NCBI RefSeq assembly: GCF_964204645.1
Contig: NC_134026.1
Coordinates: forward strand, 19,812,150-19,876,149
DNA from: Tubulanus polymorphus
Taxonomy: Eukaryota > Animalia > Nemertea
Direction of reading: 5' to 3'
Length of the DNA: 64,000 bases
Positions 1 through 12,400 of the stretch are shown in pieces. Under the pieces are notes generated by a model. It made no database searches and was not told the DNA's origin. It saw nothing but the letters and a program-made list of their open reading frames with translations. Position 1 is the stretch's first letter. Every line of letters begins with the position of its first letter. The translations under genes and the position numbers were made by a program.

Positions 1-234
1 CAGATACATGTGCAGGTTTGGGGCACAAAAACTATCGGCACCAATCAGATTACCAGTTGTGTAATGGCTGGGGCAAATCTCACCAGTAAACTATAAAACC
101 CAGGGCTCTGTAATTGGCTAATAATGACACAATCTAAGCAGCACATATAACCACGTACTCAGGCTAATCAAACAGGGTTTCGCACCATGGGGAGTCTCTA
201 TGTCATCAAGTTCGAATCCCTGTCAAGGTAGACG
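1..234. mobile_element. Mutator-like MITE, family M-a (left end outside the window)
   Basis: Shares ctaataatgaca..tctaagcagc and the catcaagttcgaatccctg end with 18234-18497 and 54346-54661. Confidence 0.65.
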
Positions 235-865
235 CAATATAGAGGTCTTTCAGCCATGTGCTTTTTCGACGCGACTACGCGCAATATCGGTTGGCAAACA
301 CGATATGTGATTAACATGACAGTCCCGAGACTCGAAGTTATGTATGGCAAGTATCCAGCACTGGTTGGGCAAACAAACTATGATGTCACGTGCAAGACTC
401 TACAGTGGTAATGTTAGAATAGTCTGCAGCAATATACGGTAGGAAACTGTCAGTAGTGAAATGGTTAATACCTGTTTCAAACAAAACCGCCTCATCTAGA
501 TAACTATATAAATTGGTTAGAGGTATTTTGGAGGACACATCACGGTTATTGGGGTGGGGTGTTTCATGTTGATGTGGCAACTTTTATGGTCGTAAATAAC
601 CGCAGGAAGGTTTTTCGCATAGTTTAAAATGTGAATAAATTACAAGGAGGCATTAGATTTAGTAAAAGGAAATCATAACAAAATGAAACACAAAACATCA
701 TCAGCCATTTTGGAAGTCATCTCCCACTGTGAGAAAATTAGTTAACTATAGCTATTGGCAATTCAATGAAGAAGTTTATGAACTATTTTTCTGATTACTG
801 TAACGCTGATACATTTATGTCTTCCCATCAACCAACCTGTTGAAGACAGGTATCCTGCTAGTTAC

Positions 866-3800
866 CTCATAAATGAATTGTCTCGAAGGAAGAAAAATGC
901 GCGTTCTCGAGTTTCATCTGGTTTTGCCAGCGCTCCGTAGACCATTTCTAACTCGGTCAAGGACGCTCCTTTGGGATGACATTTCAGCCAATCGAATTCT
1001 GACGAGTCGGGTATGACGTAGTCATCGGGAACCCATCCGTATCGGTCACCGAGAAGACCGATGAAAAACTGACATTTATTCACTTCACTCAAACATAGTT
1101 CCAGTGTCCTACAAGCAAAAAAAAGCAGTGTTATTTATGATTTATGGTATAAGGCTAAAAAAATCGATACAGTTTCTCATTTGTGCTGATGTTGAAAGTT
1201 GAGTTGACCGGTCACCTATCTACCATGTACGGGTACATCAATTTTTTTTTCAATCATGATCAAGCTAACCAAGACCCAGGAGCTATAGAAATGAACTGAT
1301 TAATCAACTTATCACAGTTAACAAAGTGACCCGGCCAATTAGGAGAAACACGTTATCATTCCTTAGTCTAACGGATACCAGGCTTGTAGCCGAGCGGTCA
1401 CTTATTCATGCCCCTTAAACCTTTCTTTCTGTTCAACAATGCACTTGATTCATGCAGTCAAATTCCTCGATATACCACCCACATCGGTGATCAAAATAGA
1501 GAGGTTCCGTTAGGCAGGGGTTGCGGTACACCAGGTACACCAGGCTGTATATGCTAATCATTCATGAAATACAAACGAAAATACACATATCTTTTTCTAA
1601 GTTTAAAATCTCACAGCACTGCTATAGACTCTAATTGAAAATGATATATTGCTAGTAGATAATTTGATGATGCTGATAAAGAATTTAGGACAGGCCATCT
1701 TAGATGGCAGCGTCTATCAATAATGTTGTTTTCAGTTAATGGGAGTCCTGTCCACAATAAAACATTTAGAAGAGAGGTACAGAATTCTGTATCAACGTTG
1801 CTCCAAACATACCAGTACTCATTTATTCAAGAATGTTTCATCTTTTACTGAAAATTTTGTGGGATTATACACATTTTGTAATCACAATCAATTGCAAATT
1901 TTGTGGCTAATGACATGTTCTTAAATTGTAGTTTCAAAATCAAATATAGCTGCAAAGCAGCGATAATGGGTTTTCGGCCTAGCAGCATCATTAATATGTA
2001 AGTATATGAAAATTTAAATGAAAAAATTGTTTATTGTCGGGGTTTCGAACCCGACATGACTGGTACAACTATATCAATATGTCATATATCACGGTAAGAC
2101 CTTACAAATTATTTTTGATATGACTTGAGTTTAAACAAGCACTATGAGACTATTCAATACAAGCCATAGGCAGCAACTGTTTTCGGGCTCAGGCTCAAAC
2201 GCAAACTCCAAGATTACCATGCATTAGTTCCCATTGCATTTTGGATATGTTGTGACCAAAAGCTAAATTTCAATATAAATTTTTGAATTTCGACCCTGTT
2301 TCTGAGGTCATCTTCAAGGTCAGTTTTTAATGCCTAGTTCTGCCACTAGGTTGCACACTGGGCCTATTCATTGTACTGCACAACTAGAACCCTTTACTAA
2401 CATTGTGCCCAAGTTTCATCAAGACCGACCAAATATCAACAAAGCTAAATACCGGTAGCTGACACGTATACGCATAAGTCAAGCTACAGGACAGAACACG
2501 GAAAATTCAGTTATATCATCGTTTTGCATAAGGCTATTTCTAACAAGCCATGGTTTTAAACTATATAGGCATTCTTGAAGTTGAACATTTAAACTTTTAA
2601 CCCCCGTGTCAGTGGATTAATTTTTAACAATGTACCACTCAGACCCCGATTAATTTCTCATGATTGCAGTATCAATAGCAGTCACTTTCACACAGCTTGT
2701 CATTTGTCTCGTGCTAAAATTCGGCCCGGGGCACACAGACCAACCATTTGGCACCAGTGTGAACAGTTGTTCTGGGCCAAAAATGCTTGTGTAATCGCAC
2801 CTATAATCATATATCCTGCACGTTTTCTCCACCATTGAGAACTCCGATTCTTGATTGTCGACACTTCATATGGGTTCAGAGTAATCGATTTACGACACAA
2901 ACACCAGACATTACATCTTCTATCAGCACACTTTCAGAACGTGATCGGTCGGATCTAATGTTGGTGAATGTCTCTAGGGGCGCTGTATTACTGCCTAATT
3001 TCACAGCGGAGAACTTAAGAATCCTGGATGTCGGATAATGAAAGATCGACACTAAGAAAGCGATCACTTTTGTTACATAACATTTAAACATTTATTCGTT
3101 TTTCTGCCTTAATTCTTACATCGAGTAGATTTAAATGAGGTTTATACATACACATTGAAATGTTCAATGTTTGTTTGTAGCTTAAACGTTTTTCTCGACG
3201 AATCCAAAAGGAATAATACTTCATAAGCCAGTTGCAGATGTACGGGGCAGTCACGTGACAACGACGATGATGTAATATCGGTGGGCCAACACAAAAGAGT
3301 CATTTACACGCAGAAATGCCAGCATATTCATTTTAGTTGTTATGTTTGGCGAGTATTGACGGTCAATCGAGCTATTTCTCAAGCTTCGGTAGCGTTAAGT
3401 GCGGGTGTCGGTGATACCGGTGTCTCTTCGGACTTTTTTGTTTTATCATTCATTCGATCTCTCAATCGGTTGTCGCTAAGAGCGCCATCTGTCGACCGAA
3501 ATTGAAACTTCACGACAAACACTTCCCTTACCTTTTGACTGGTCAATGCGTAAATGAGAAAATTAACCGAATAGCTCATCTCCCATAGAATGATGGGCAT
3601 TGTACCGCACGCAAACTTCAATACTTGCTGTAAGCGTGGGAGCGCGGCTATTAGAGTGACAGCAACGATGGTAGGGAATAGTAGTACGAGAAAAACGAGC
3701 ATGACGAAGAGCATGAGACGAGTGACCTTGTAATTGGTCAGCCTGATCGCTGCCATCGGTGTTCTAGCACTGCGCCTACTCAGAACCGCGATGATGCTAA

Positions 3801-5331
3801 CGCAACAGACTGTTATGATGATGAAAGGCAGGTAGCCGATCATCAGAATTCCGAGAACGTTCGAGTCATAACGCCGACTGGGCATTCTACAGCCAGCGCC
3901 GTCGTTCATCCACGGCCGCAGCGACGCATCGATCGACATGACACACAGCACGCCGAGAACCGTGCAACAGGTGGCAGCACACGCCGATCGACGGCGACAT
4001 AAACGTCGAGCTGACATCGGGAAACAGACGACGATGAAACGCTCGACGCTGATCAACGTTACCAACCAACTGCTCAACGCGGCAAAATAAAAACTTGTGT
4101 ATTTCATTACGGTTTTCGTCAAGCCGCCGCTGACCGCGATCACCAATGGTCCGCCGGAGAGCGCGCCAACAAAATTGATCCAGAAAATACCGTGCAGAAT
4201 CAAATTACAGCCGTCGCTGACGGCTAAAGCCGCCAGGTACACGGCGAACGAGCGCTCGCGCATTTTCGTCATTGCCATAACAACGAACGATATGATGTTC
4301 GACATCAGACCGAAGATCATGAAGACCGAAGTGAAAACGATTTGTACCCATTTTATCCATGGGTTCAGCGTGTTCACCAAATCCACTGGATAGACGAAAT
4401 AAAAGTAGCAGTACGCTCCTTCGAGGAGATCACTTTCATTCGCGGAATTCGAAGTCAAATTCATCGTTTTTGCATTGTATATATTCATACATTTCCACTA
4501 AAAAATATCAATGTTTAGGTTACAAGCTTAAGTCCACTGTCTTGTACGCGCACGAGAAACTCTCTATAATGGTGTTGACCTTCCTGTACGAGCGCCGAGT
4601 TTGTGCATTGTAAAAAAATCCCCTTCGTAAATCATCAGTAGTATCTCGCATTTTTATCAGTAGTATCTCGGACTTCTTAAACTTAAGAAATCCGTGCGAG
4701 TTTGTGGTGAGCAATCGTCATATCATCAAAAACGTTGTATATTTCTAGGACCAGTTGCACAGTCGCCACTTCAGTCCAAAAAATGTTCTTATATCTTTAG
4801 ACTGGTCTCACTGTTGATGGATCGGTTATAGAACTAACATGGTCTTAAGCCTTGGTTTTAGAAGCTTGTTTACGCGCTGTCGTGATGTGTTAATGAACTT
4901 AAGCCTAAGAAGCCAAAGATGTCACGTAAGCCTAGGGGTTAAAAATAATCAATTAACACATCGTTACGCCGTTGTCATGACAAATAAGCTTATTTTCAAG
5001 ACCCTTTTGTATTCCTCTGGGGCCGGTTCCAAATTCGAGACTTAGTCCAAAAGTGGGCTAAAGTCTTAAGATTGGTCTTAAGTTGTTAGATTGGCTATAG
5101 AAGTAATATGGTGTCAGACTGGTCTTACGTCTAAGCGGTGAATATGGAACTGGCATCTGGATTATCATTACTATTCATATTCCATTTTTCAAAAGTTTTC
5201 AGGCTCTGGAAATATTTATCCTATTCATATTTAGGATCATATTACCACTTTCCCGATCGCTTTCCTCCGGAATAGTATAAATTCTTCCCCTTTCCAAGTA
5301 GATAATCCCAACAGTCACTAAAAGCCTCAAC

Positions 5332-5364
<33 letters not shown>

Positions 5365-6307
5365 CATTATATAAAACTTAAGCCTAGCGCACATCGACAC
5401 TGCGATTGGAGACAACTAGTTGCTACCGAACGATTACCCCGCGCACATCGAAATCTAGTTACAATCGGTCAGTTGCAGCAACTGCATGGGGCGTGTCGAT
5501 CGTCGAGATCCAGAGCGCGCACATCGACGGATATGACTGCGATTGAGTACAACCAGTTGCTCAAAAGTAGAACATGGGCAACTGGCTGGAACTGGAGATA
5601 GATCGACGCTTGCCAATCGTAAGCTTGCTCACATCGACACATTCAAGCAACTGATCGTATCCAGCCAGTTGCTCTCATGCGCCGAAAACTGCCTTGCGAC
5701 TAGTTGTCTCCAATCGCAGTGTCGATGTGCGCTAGGCTTTATACAGCACCTCATTCCAAATGGCTCTAAGGTGCTTTACAGAAGACGCTTTATAGACTAT
5801 AAAAGAGACAATATAAAACATGCCACAAAATATAGCGCCAAATAAAATTCAATGTACAACATTGGTAACATAAAAGTTAGGCAAAACATTTTCTAAAAAT
5901 ATTAGTCTTCAATTAAGATTTATAAGCATTTAATCAGCCTGCCTGCTTTATATCAATAGGCAGCGAATTCCTCAGATTAGGTACAACTCGTGCAAAAGAA
6001 CACTTGCCAAAGCTCTTGGTTTTTTAACACCGGACATTCCACGCTCGCCCTCGCAGTAATCATTATGAAACTGAATTTGACTAGCTGATCTGAGGAATCG
6101 ACATGGTGTATAAACCGAGATGAAATTGCCGATATAAATGGGGGATAGTACGATAACCACACTCAAACGCAGTGAACGGATAATAGGATAAAAACCCACT
6201 ATGTACAATTGAAAGAATTCAAAATCGAGAATTTATTTCTAAAAACACGACGTTTCGATCTCACACTAGAGATCATTGTCAGGTGTGAGATTATCACTAA
6301 AACGGAG

Positions 6308-6382
<75 letters not shown>

Positions 6383-6383
6383 T

Positions 6384-6415
<32 letters not shown>

Positions 6416-9400
6416 GTTTTTTTACATTTTAGAAATAAATTCTCGATTTTAAATTCCTTTAATAGTACATAGTGGGTTTTTATCCTAAATAGGGGATTCT
6501 CCATAGCAATAGTTTGTACTGGATTTACGGATTTGATATGAGTGCTATTTAAGATAGGAAACCTGTAATAGGATTTACGTTCCATTGTAATTATTGCCGC
6601 ACACAGAATATTGAACATGTGGAAGTTGACCCGAGGTCAGACCCCGGGTCAGACGTAATGATAGTAAAGAATTTGAGAGATAACAGTAGCTTGATTAATT
6701 GCCCTTTACGCATCACGGGCATTTAAACAATAAGGAATCTTTTGACGTGGTCGGGTTATAGCAACAGGTTAGAAATTTCAGCTAGATCAAATCTTCATCA
6801 ATGGATGAAATTTGATTGAATTTTACTCGCAGATAAATAGACCAGATTCTACTAATCAGTTCGAAATAAATTGTAAGCCAATCCCAGTTCCAATGATAGT
6901 GAGTCAATTTAAAAATCAAAGACCATCAACATCACCATAGACACTGATAATTTATGCCCATGGTTCCCACAGTAAGATGAATTAGAAATTCGCAGGTTTT
7001 CCCACATATTTCAAGGGTCATTTTTTAATAAAGGTGATTCCCAAGGGAAATCACTGAACAAAGTTGCCCTTGGCAAATGCAATACATGAAATATAAATGA
7101 ATTTCCCAAATTTGAGGAAAATTTTTCAAATTCCCAAATATTTCCAAACTGGGAATTATTGCTTCGAATTTCCCGAGTTTTTCCCAATTCACCTGTACTG
7201 TGGGAGCCATGTATGCCAAATTCGAAGAACTTTCTTATAATTTTTATGTTCTGCTTTTCAGTGAAACAAATATTGAATTGAGCAGGCCAGTCAATCTGCT
7301 TTCATCGCGCAGCCACGTCAGCACAACCCACACGCTCCTCGACAAGTCATTGGTAACTGTAGCTTCAAGACGTAGCGCTAGCACGACGCTCCAGTTACCA
7401 GCGCAATACCCAAGCGGAGCAAAGATCGCTACGGATAGGCCGCCTTGAATGCTTCAAACAAAGTTTGTTATATCCTATACGGCTACAGTGTTTTCTAATG
7501 CAAATTAGGATTGTTCAAAATTCATCCGTATACTGATACAAAATGATTTTTTCATCAAGATAACCGCGGACATATACAAAATTAATTTTAGAAAGCCAAC
7601 TATTTTCAAACGAATCTTTTTATCAAAAGTTTATCATTAAATTACTTGAAATTTGCTCTCAAAACTCCTTCTTAAACTGTTTTGAAATACAAGTCACCAC
7701 ATACAGTTAAGTGAAGTTAAATCAATCCAGTGAGACAATCATGGAGTTGTCACAAATATATAGCCTCAAAATCCACAAGTTAATCCAGTGTTAGTAAAAG
7801 AAATTTGTAATTCATCAGCAGATCTTACAGCTCAGGTGCCACCTATCCAGAGTGGCTTAGAAGCCGCCATTTTGGGTTTGAATCCGATACGCGCCAATTT
7901 AAGAAAACTTTTAATTGAATGTTCTCATAGTGCTAGTTCGAACTCTTGTCTAATTGAAAGTAATTTCTAAGGTCTTATTTTGATCCTAATGCATGTACAT
8001 TGATGTAGTTGTACCAATCATATCTGGTTCATACTCCTGAGGATAAACAATTTTTAATTTCTATTTCATAATTTCCAAAGGTTTTCAAATCAATGATGCC
8101 AGGCAGAAAACTTGTTATCGTCACTGTTTTGCAGCTATATTACATTCAAAGTTTGGAATCTCACAGCATTGGTATAAAGACTCTACTTTGAAACAATGTA
8201 TTGACAGAGGAGAATTTGAATGATGTTGATAAGGGATTTAGGAGGGCATTATGAGCTGGAAGCGACTATCAATAGCACTGTTTACAATAAATGGGAGTTG
8301 TGTCAAGTAAAAAATTTAGAAAATGTTTACCGGGTAGGAAAATGTTTTGATGATGGGCCCAGATAAAAAGCAAACGAAAAGGCAGGAAGGCACTATAAAT
8401 TGAGGCAAGTCATGAACCTTCTATTTTCATGCATATTTTGTAACCACTATCAATCGCAAAATTGTAGCCAATGAATTATCTTTGATTGTGGTTTCAAAAT
8501 CATTGATTACCGTATTTTTTCATCAAGAGACATTGAATATCAAAATTGTCAAGCATTTCACCAAGTGGGCATGGTGTCTGTGGACCCCTAGTTTTGAAAA
8601 GTTTCTATTCTCTTTCATTACAATTTTTCCATTTTCTTATCCTTTGCTCCTATCAGGCTTCGAGTGATTTGACTCAATTTTTCTAGTTGAAAGTTTCAAA
8701 AATTCACTAACACGTAGCAAATTTGAAAAAAAAAACATCATGAAGCAAATTGACCAGCAATAAATTGGCATGCACGTAGACAACACTCACTTGTTGCTTC
8801 TGGTATCTTCTTCGGTGACGCCCCAACGCAAATCGACTTCATAAACGTTGATGAATTTGGCGCTCGCCCTCGCACGCAGTTCAGGAAAAACATACCGCGT
8901 CAGAATGTCGCGTTCACCATGCATATCGCGGAACGTGGACGAAATGAATACTCGAGCGCTGCGCCACCTATACACAAAAATATGTGCAATTTAATTGAAT
9001 TCAAATTATTTCTATTACACCTTAATATGTTGTTAACATTATCGGGTTTTTATAATGAACAGGGAAAAGAAAACAAGACAAGTGTTCTAACCAAAGAATA
9101 TAAAACATAAGCCATCGGAAAAAAACAGTTTTCCGGCCGAGACTTGAACTCTGAAATTACCATGCGTTAGATCCCATAGCATTTTGGATATGTTGTATCT
9201 AGGGGCAATAGCTAAATTTTGTCAAGAAAACCTCAAGTTCCCCGGTTTTCAGTGCCTAGTTGATAGTGCACTGGGCCTATTCTTAGCACTACACAACTAG
9301 TGCCCCATTCTAACACATTCTAAGTAGCTGAAAGACAGACAAACAGGCCCACAGACACACACAGACAGACAATCTCATTCTTTCATTTTTTCATTACCCA

Positions 9401-12400
9401 GGGCAGGGCCTGGTTTTATTTTATAGACTGGCATTAACTTTAACCCCGGGGTTAACTTAATTGAAAATGAAATTGGGTTAGAAAGTTAATACCAGTCTAT
9501 AAAACTGGGCCCGGGGACCCCATCAAAGCCGGTATTTTCAATCGAACATGAATTTTACTCTAACATGGATTAACTAACAGACTAACAACTGGTCCAGCAC
9601 ACTTTCAAGAGGCCCTATAGACTTAGCAGTACTAAGGTGAATGATAAAACTGGAGGTTTCAGGCGGCATATTGAATGTCATACCTTGGTGTTGGCAGAGG
9701 TATACTAAGTGGATTTTCGGGGATGGCAAGCATTGGCTTTTTAAGGCCCAACGTTGGATCAATCAAATTATATTTCTCATCAATTTTCTCGACATGATTC
9801 AGCTGCCCTCCGCCGCCGCGTTCGGCAACAAATCTATGATAAAACAAAACATAAAATCGAATATTTGAATAGTCCGGTTGAAATGAGGCGATTGGTGAAT
9901 CGCTATTTATGGTAATCAATGACCTAATCGATTCATGGAATATGCATACCTGAGAATCTGATCACTAAATCCAGAAATATACACATCATTCGGATGTTTA
10001 CTTTCCCTTTGAGTCCTAGCAAAACAACATACAAAGACATATTCCACAAATCTATATAAAATTCTACATAAAACTGCAGATATGCTAAAAACATTGCAAA
10101 ATATGATATACAAGTACAGGTAAGGGGTAAGAAGATGCAGCAATTGCTCAACTGCAGCAAAAATTTCTTTCAAAAATAATGAATTTCAAAAAAGAACAGA
10201 AACCTGGAAATTGGAGACTTATTCTCAACTTGACAATGACTAAAAGTCACGGTAAATTGACACTAAATAAAGAGGTGAAATGTTGCATTATACATATACA
10301 CACTGTATCTTATAGTAAACTCATCTTAATGTAAATCTTTACAACCTGAATTATGAGTGAACTCGCATGCAAATCACTGGTCATAATCCATTCGAGTGAG
10401 GAAGAGTACAAAAATGCATCCATGATATATACCTCCCTCCAGTTAGGTCCACATTGACGTAGAGAAGATTTGGATTGACCATGTGTCGATAATTGACGAG
10501 GAAATTCTTGACAATTTCTCGATTACGTTGGTCGTCATCGTCGTAAGTCAACATGATCAAATTATCAATCTGGAACATATCAAAATTTGTCTCAAGCGTG
10601 AAAACTTAATACAGCCTATCAAATCCTTCAAACGAAACGCATAATCCTTCGAACAAAATGCATATCAACCGTTTCTCTACATCTACCACATTCTCGCTTG
10701 CCAGGGTTTAATTGCCTCCTGCTAAAGCTCACATCAACACAAACCCTGGCAAGAGACCCTTCATTCGTCTATTACACCGTGCAAAATATCTTGGCTTGAC
10801 AGGTTGCTGCTCAGAAGCCACCGGTCTATGTATTAAACCATTGAGATGAATTGTTTTCTACCGTCAGATTTGTTCTATCAATACAACAAATCCGATTGGG
10901 TAGATATATAGACTGGTGGCTGCTGAGCAGCAACCTGTCTGCCCAAGAAATATTGGGCAGTGTAATAAGACCAATGAAGGGTCTGCACCCAGGGTTTGTG
11001 TTGACGTGAGCTTTGGCAGGAGGCAATTAAAGGATGCAAAGGATACATCCACCAAAGCTCTGCTGAGTATAAATTGAGTGTCATTATAGCCACTCGTCTG
11101 CACTGCGGTGTAACAAATGTTCAATGACTCAGAAATAGCACAAGCACAAATACTGATGAACTGAACTATACCCCACAATGCCAGATGACTGGGTCTAAGA
11201 ATACTGTAATAACAGAAATGCGTTGGAAAATGGGGTTTGGCAATAAACTGAATCTTTTATTACCTCATTTCACATGTTTTGTCTCTCCCTGGACGTATTA
11301 ACTACACTAACTATGATCGTTGTGATCTGTGTGCTGGCCACAAATGCACACTACACTACCTATTTAACACCCAACTACCCACAGCTTCGATATAACCATC
11401 CTATTGTCTAGCGTGTTTCTTCTGGGTCAAAGAATGTATAACAGTGAATTTGTTTCTGGCAGTGTATTCTCCGTAATTTTCAAGGCCTGCTTTTCTTCAA
11501 AAGCTAGAAATTGACAAATAGTCGAACGATCCCTCATTAATTACCTGTTTTCCATCGACAAGCAATTCTGTCAATAGTTTCTCAGGAACGTAAGCAGTTG
11601 CTGCCGAACCTAGTCCATTCAGTGTCTGAAATTAAGTCGGTTTAGTACATAAACAACTGAACAAAAGAAAGGTTGCCCAGTAATAATTAATATTGATTGG
11701 CATAGGCAGCCGGCTATATACTAATAGCCATCTTCAGGTGTAGCCATCATCAGATGGCTACTATAGCCGAGACTTTGAGCGAAATATACACTCATTAATT
11801 CTGTCTTTTGCTGAAATTATTGTGGGATTTCTTAGGTAGGAATGAGTGATTCACTTTTTTAGGCTCTTCATTCCATTAATCAGCAAGTTCATAGAGAAAT
11901 TGTTAATTCATTCCTTTGGGTCATGAATGACCATGTAAAGAAAAGCAGGAAAAATTCAACCTCGACGTTTAGGTGGCACTCACTGTTTTGAATATTTGCA
12001 ACCGTTCCATATTCGTGAGCACTATTCCTTTTTCGAGTTCGACTTTCTGGTAGTTACTTCCGTCAGTTCTTGTGCCAAACAAAACCATGTCGCATTCTTC
12101 ACATGCATACTTACACATCAAACCCAATAATAATCCAACATCGGACATCTGAATCAGAAACGATTTCGCACAATTACGTAAAGAATCTTTAGGTATATCT
12201 AATTTTCACCGCATGGAAATTTGGCAACACACAAAAATAGTAATATCCAATTGCTACCAAGGGTGTACATCATTGTGCTCTCATATCCCTGTGAATACAC
12301 CCAAGATTTAGCCATGCCTAAACTAGAAAGAATCTTTCTATGTGGTCGGGTTAGCAACAAGCTTGATCAAAGACATTCAATGAATTCTCTATGTGTTGAC

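Larger units (their letters stand above)
6140..6490. mobile_element. Penelope-like fragment with inverted arms around (TA)n and a minimal hammerhead motif; second copy at about 22670-22825
   Basis: 6187-6245 is inverted at 6425-6487. The aaaatcgagaatttattt...acacgacgtttcgatctcac segment recurs at 22690-22773. Confidence 0.6.

Noticed and set aside
1378-1432. A-box-like TAGCCGAGCGGT suggesting a vault RNA or tRNA in the TEP1 intron
   Set aside because: No B box, terminal stem or T-run terminator at a suitable distance; probably a SINE head fragment.
6199-6618. ORFs with IYIYIY runs
   Set aside because: Translation of the (TA)n microsatellite.
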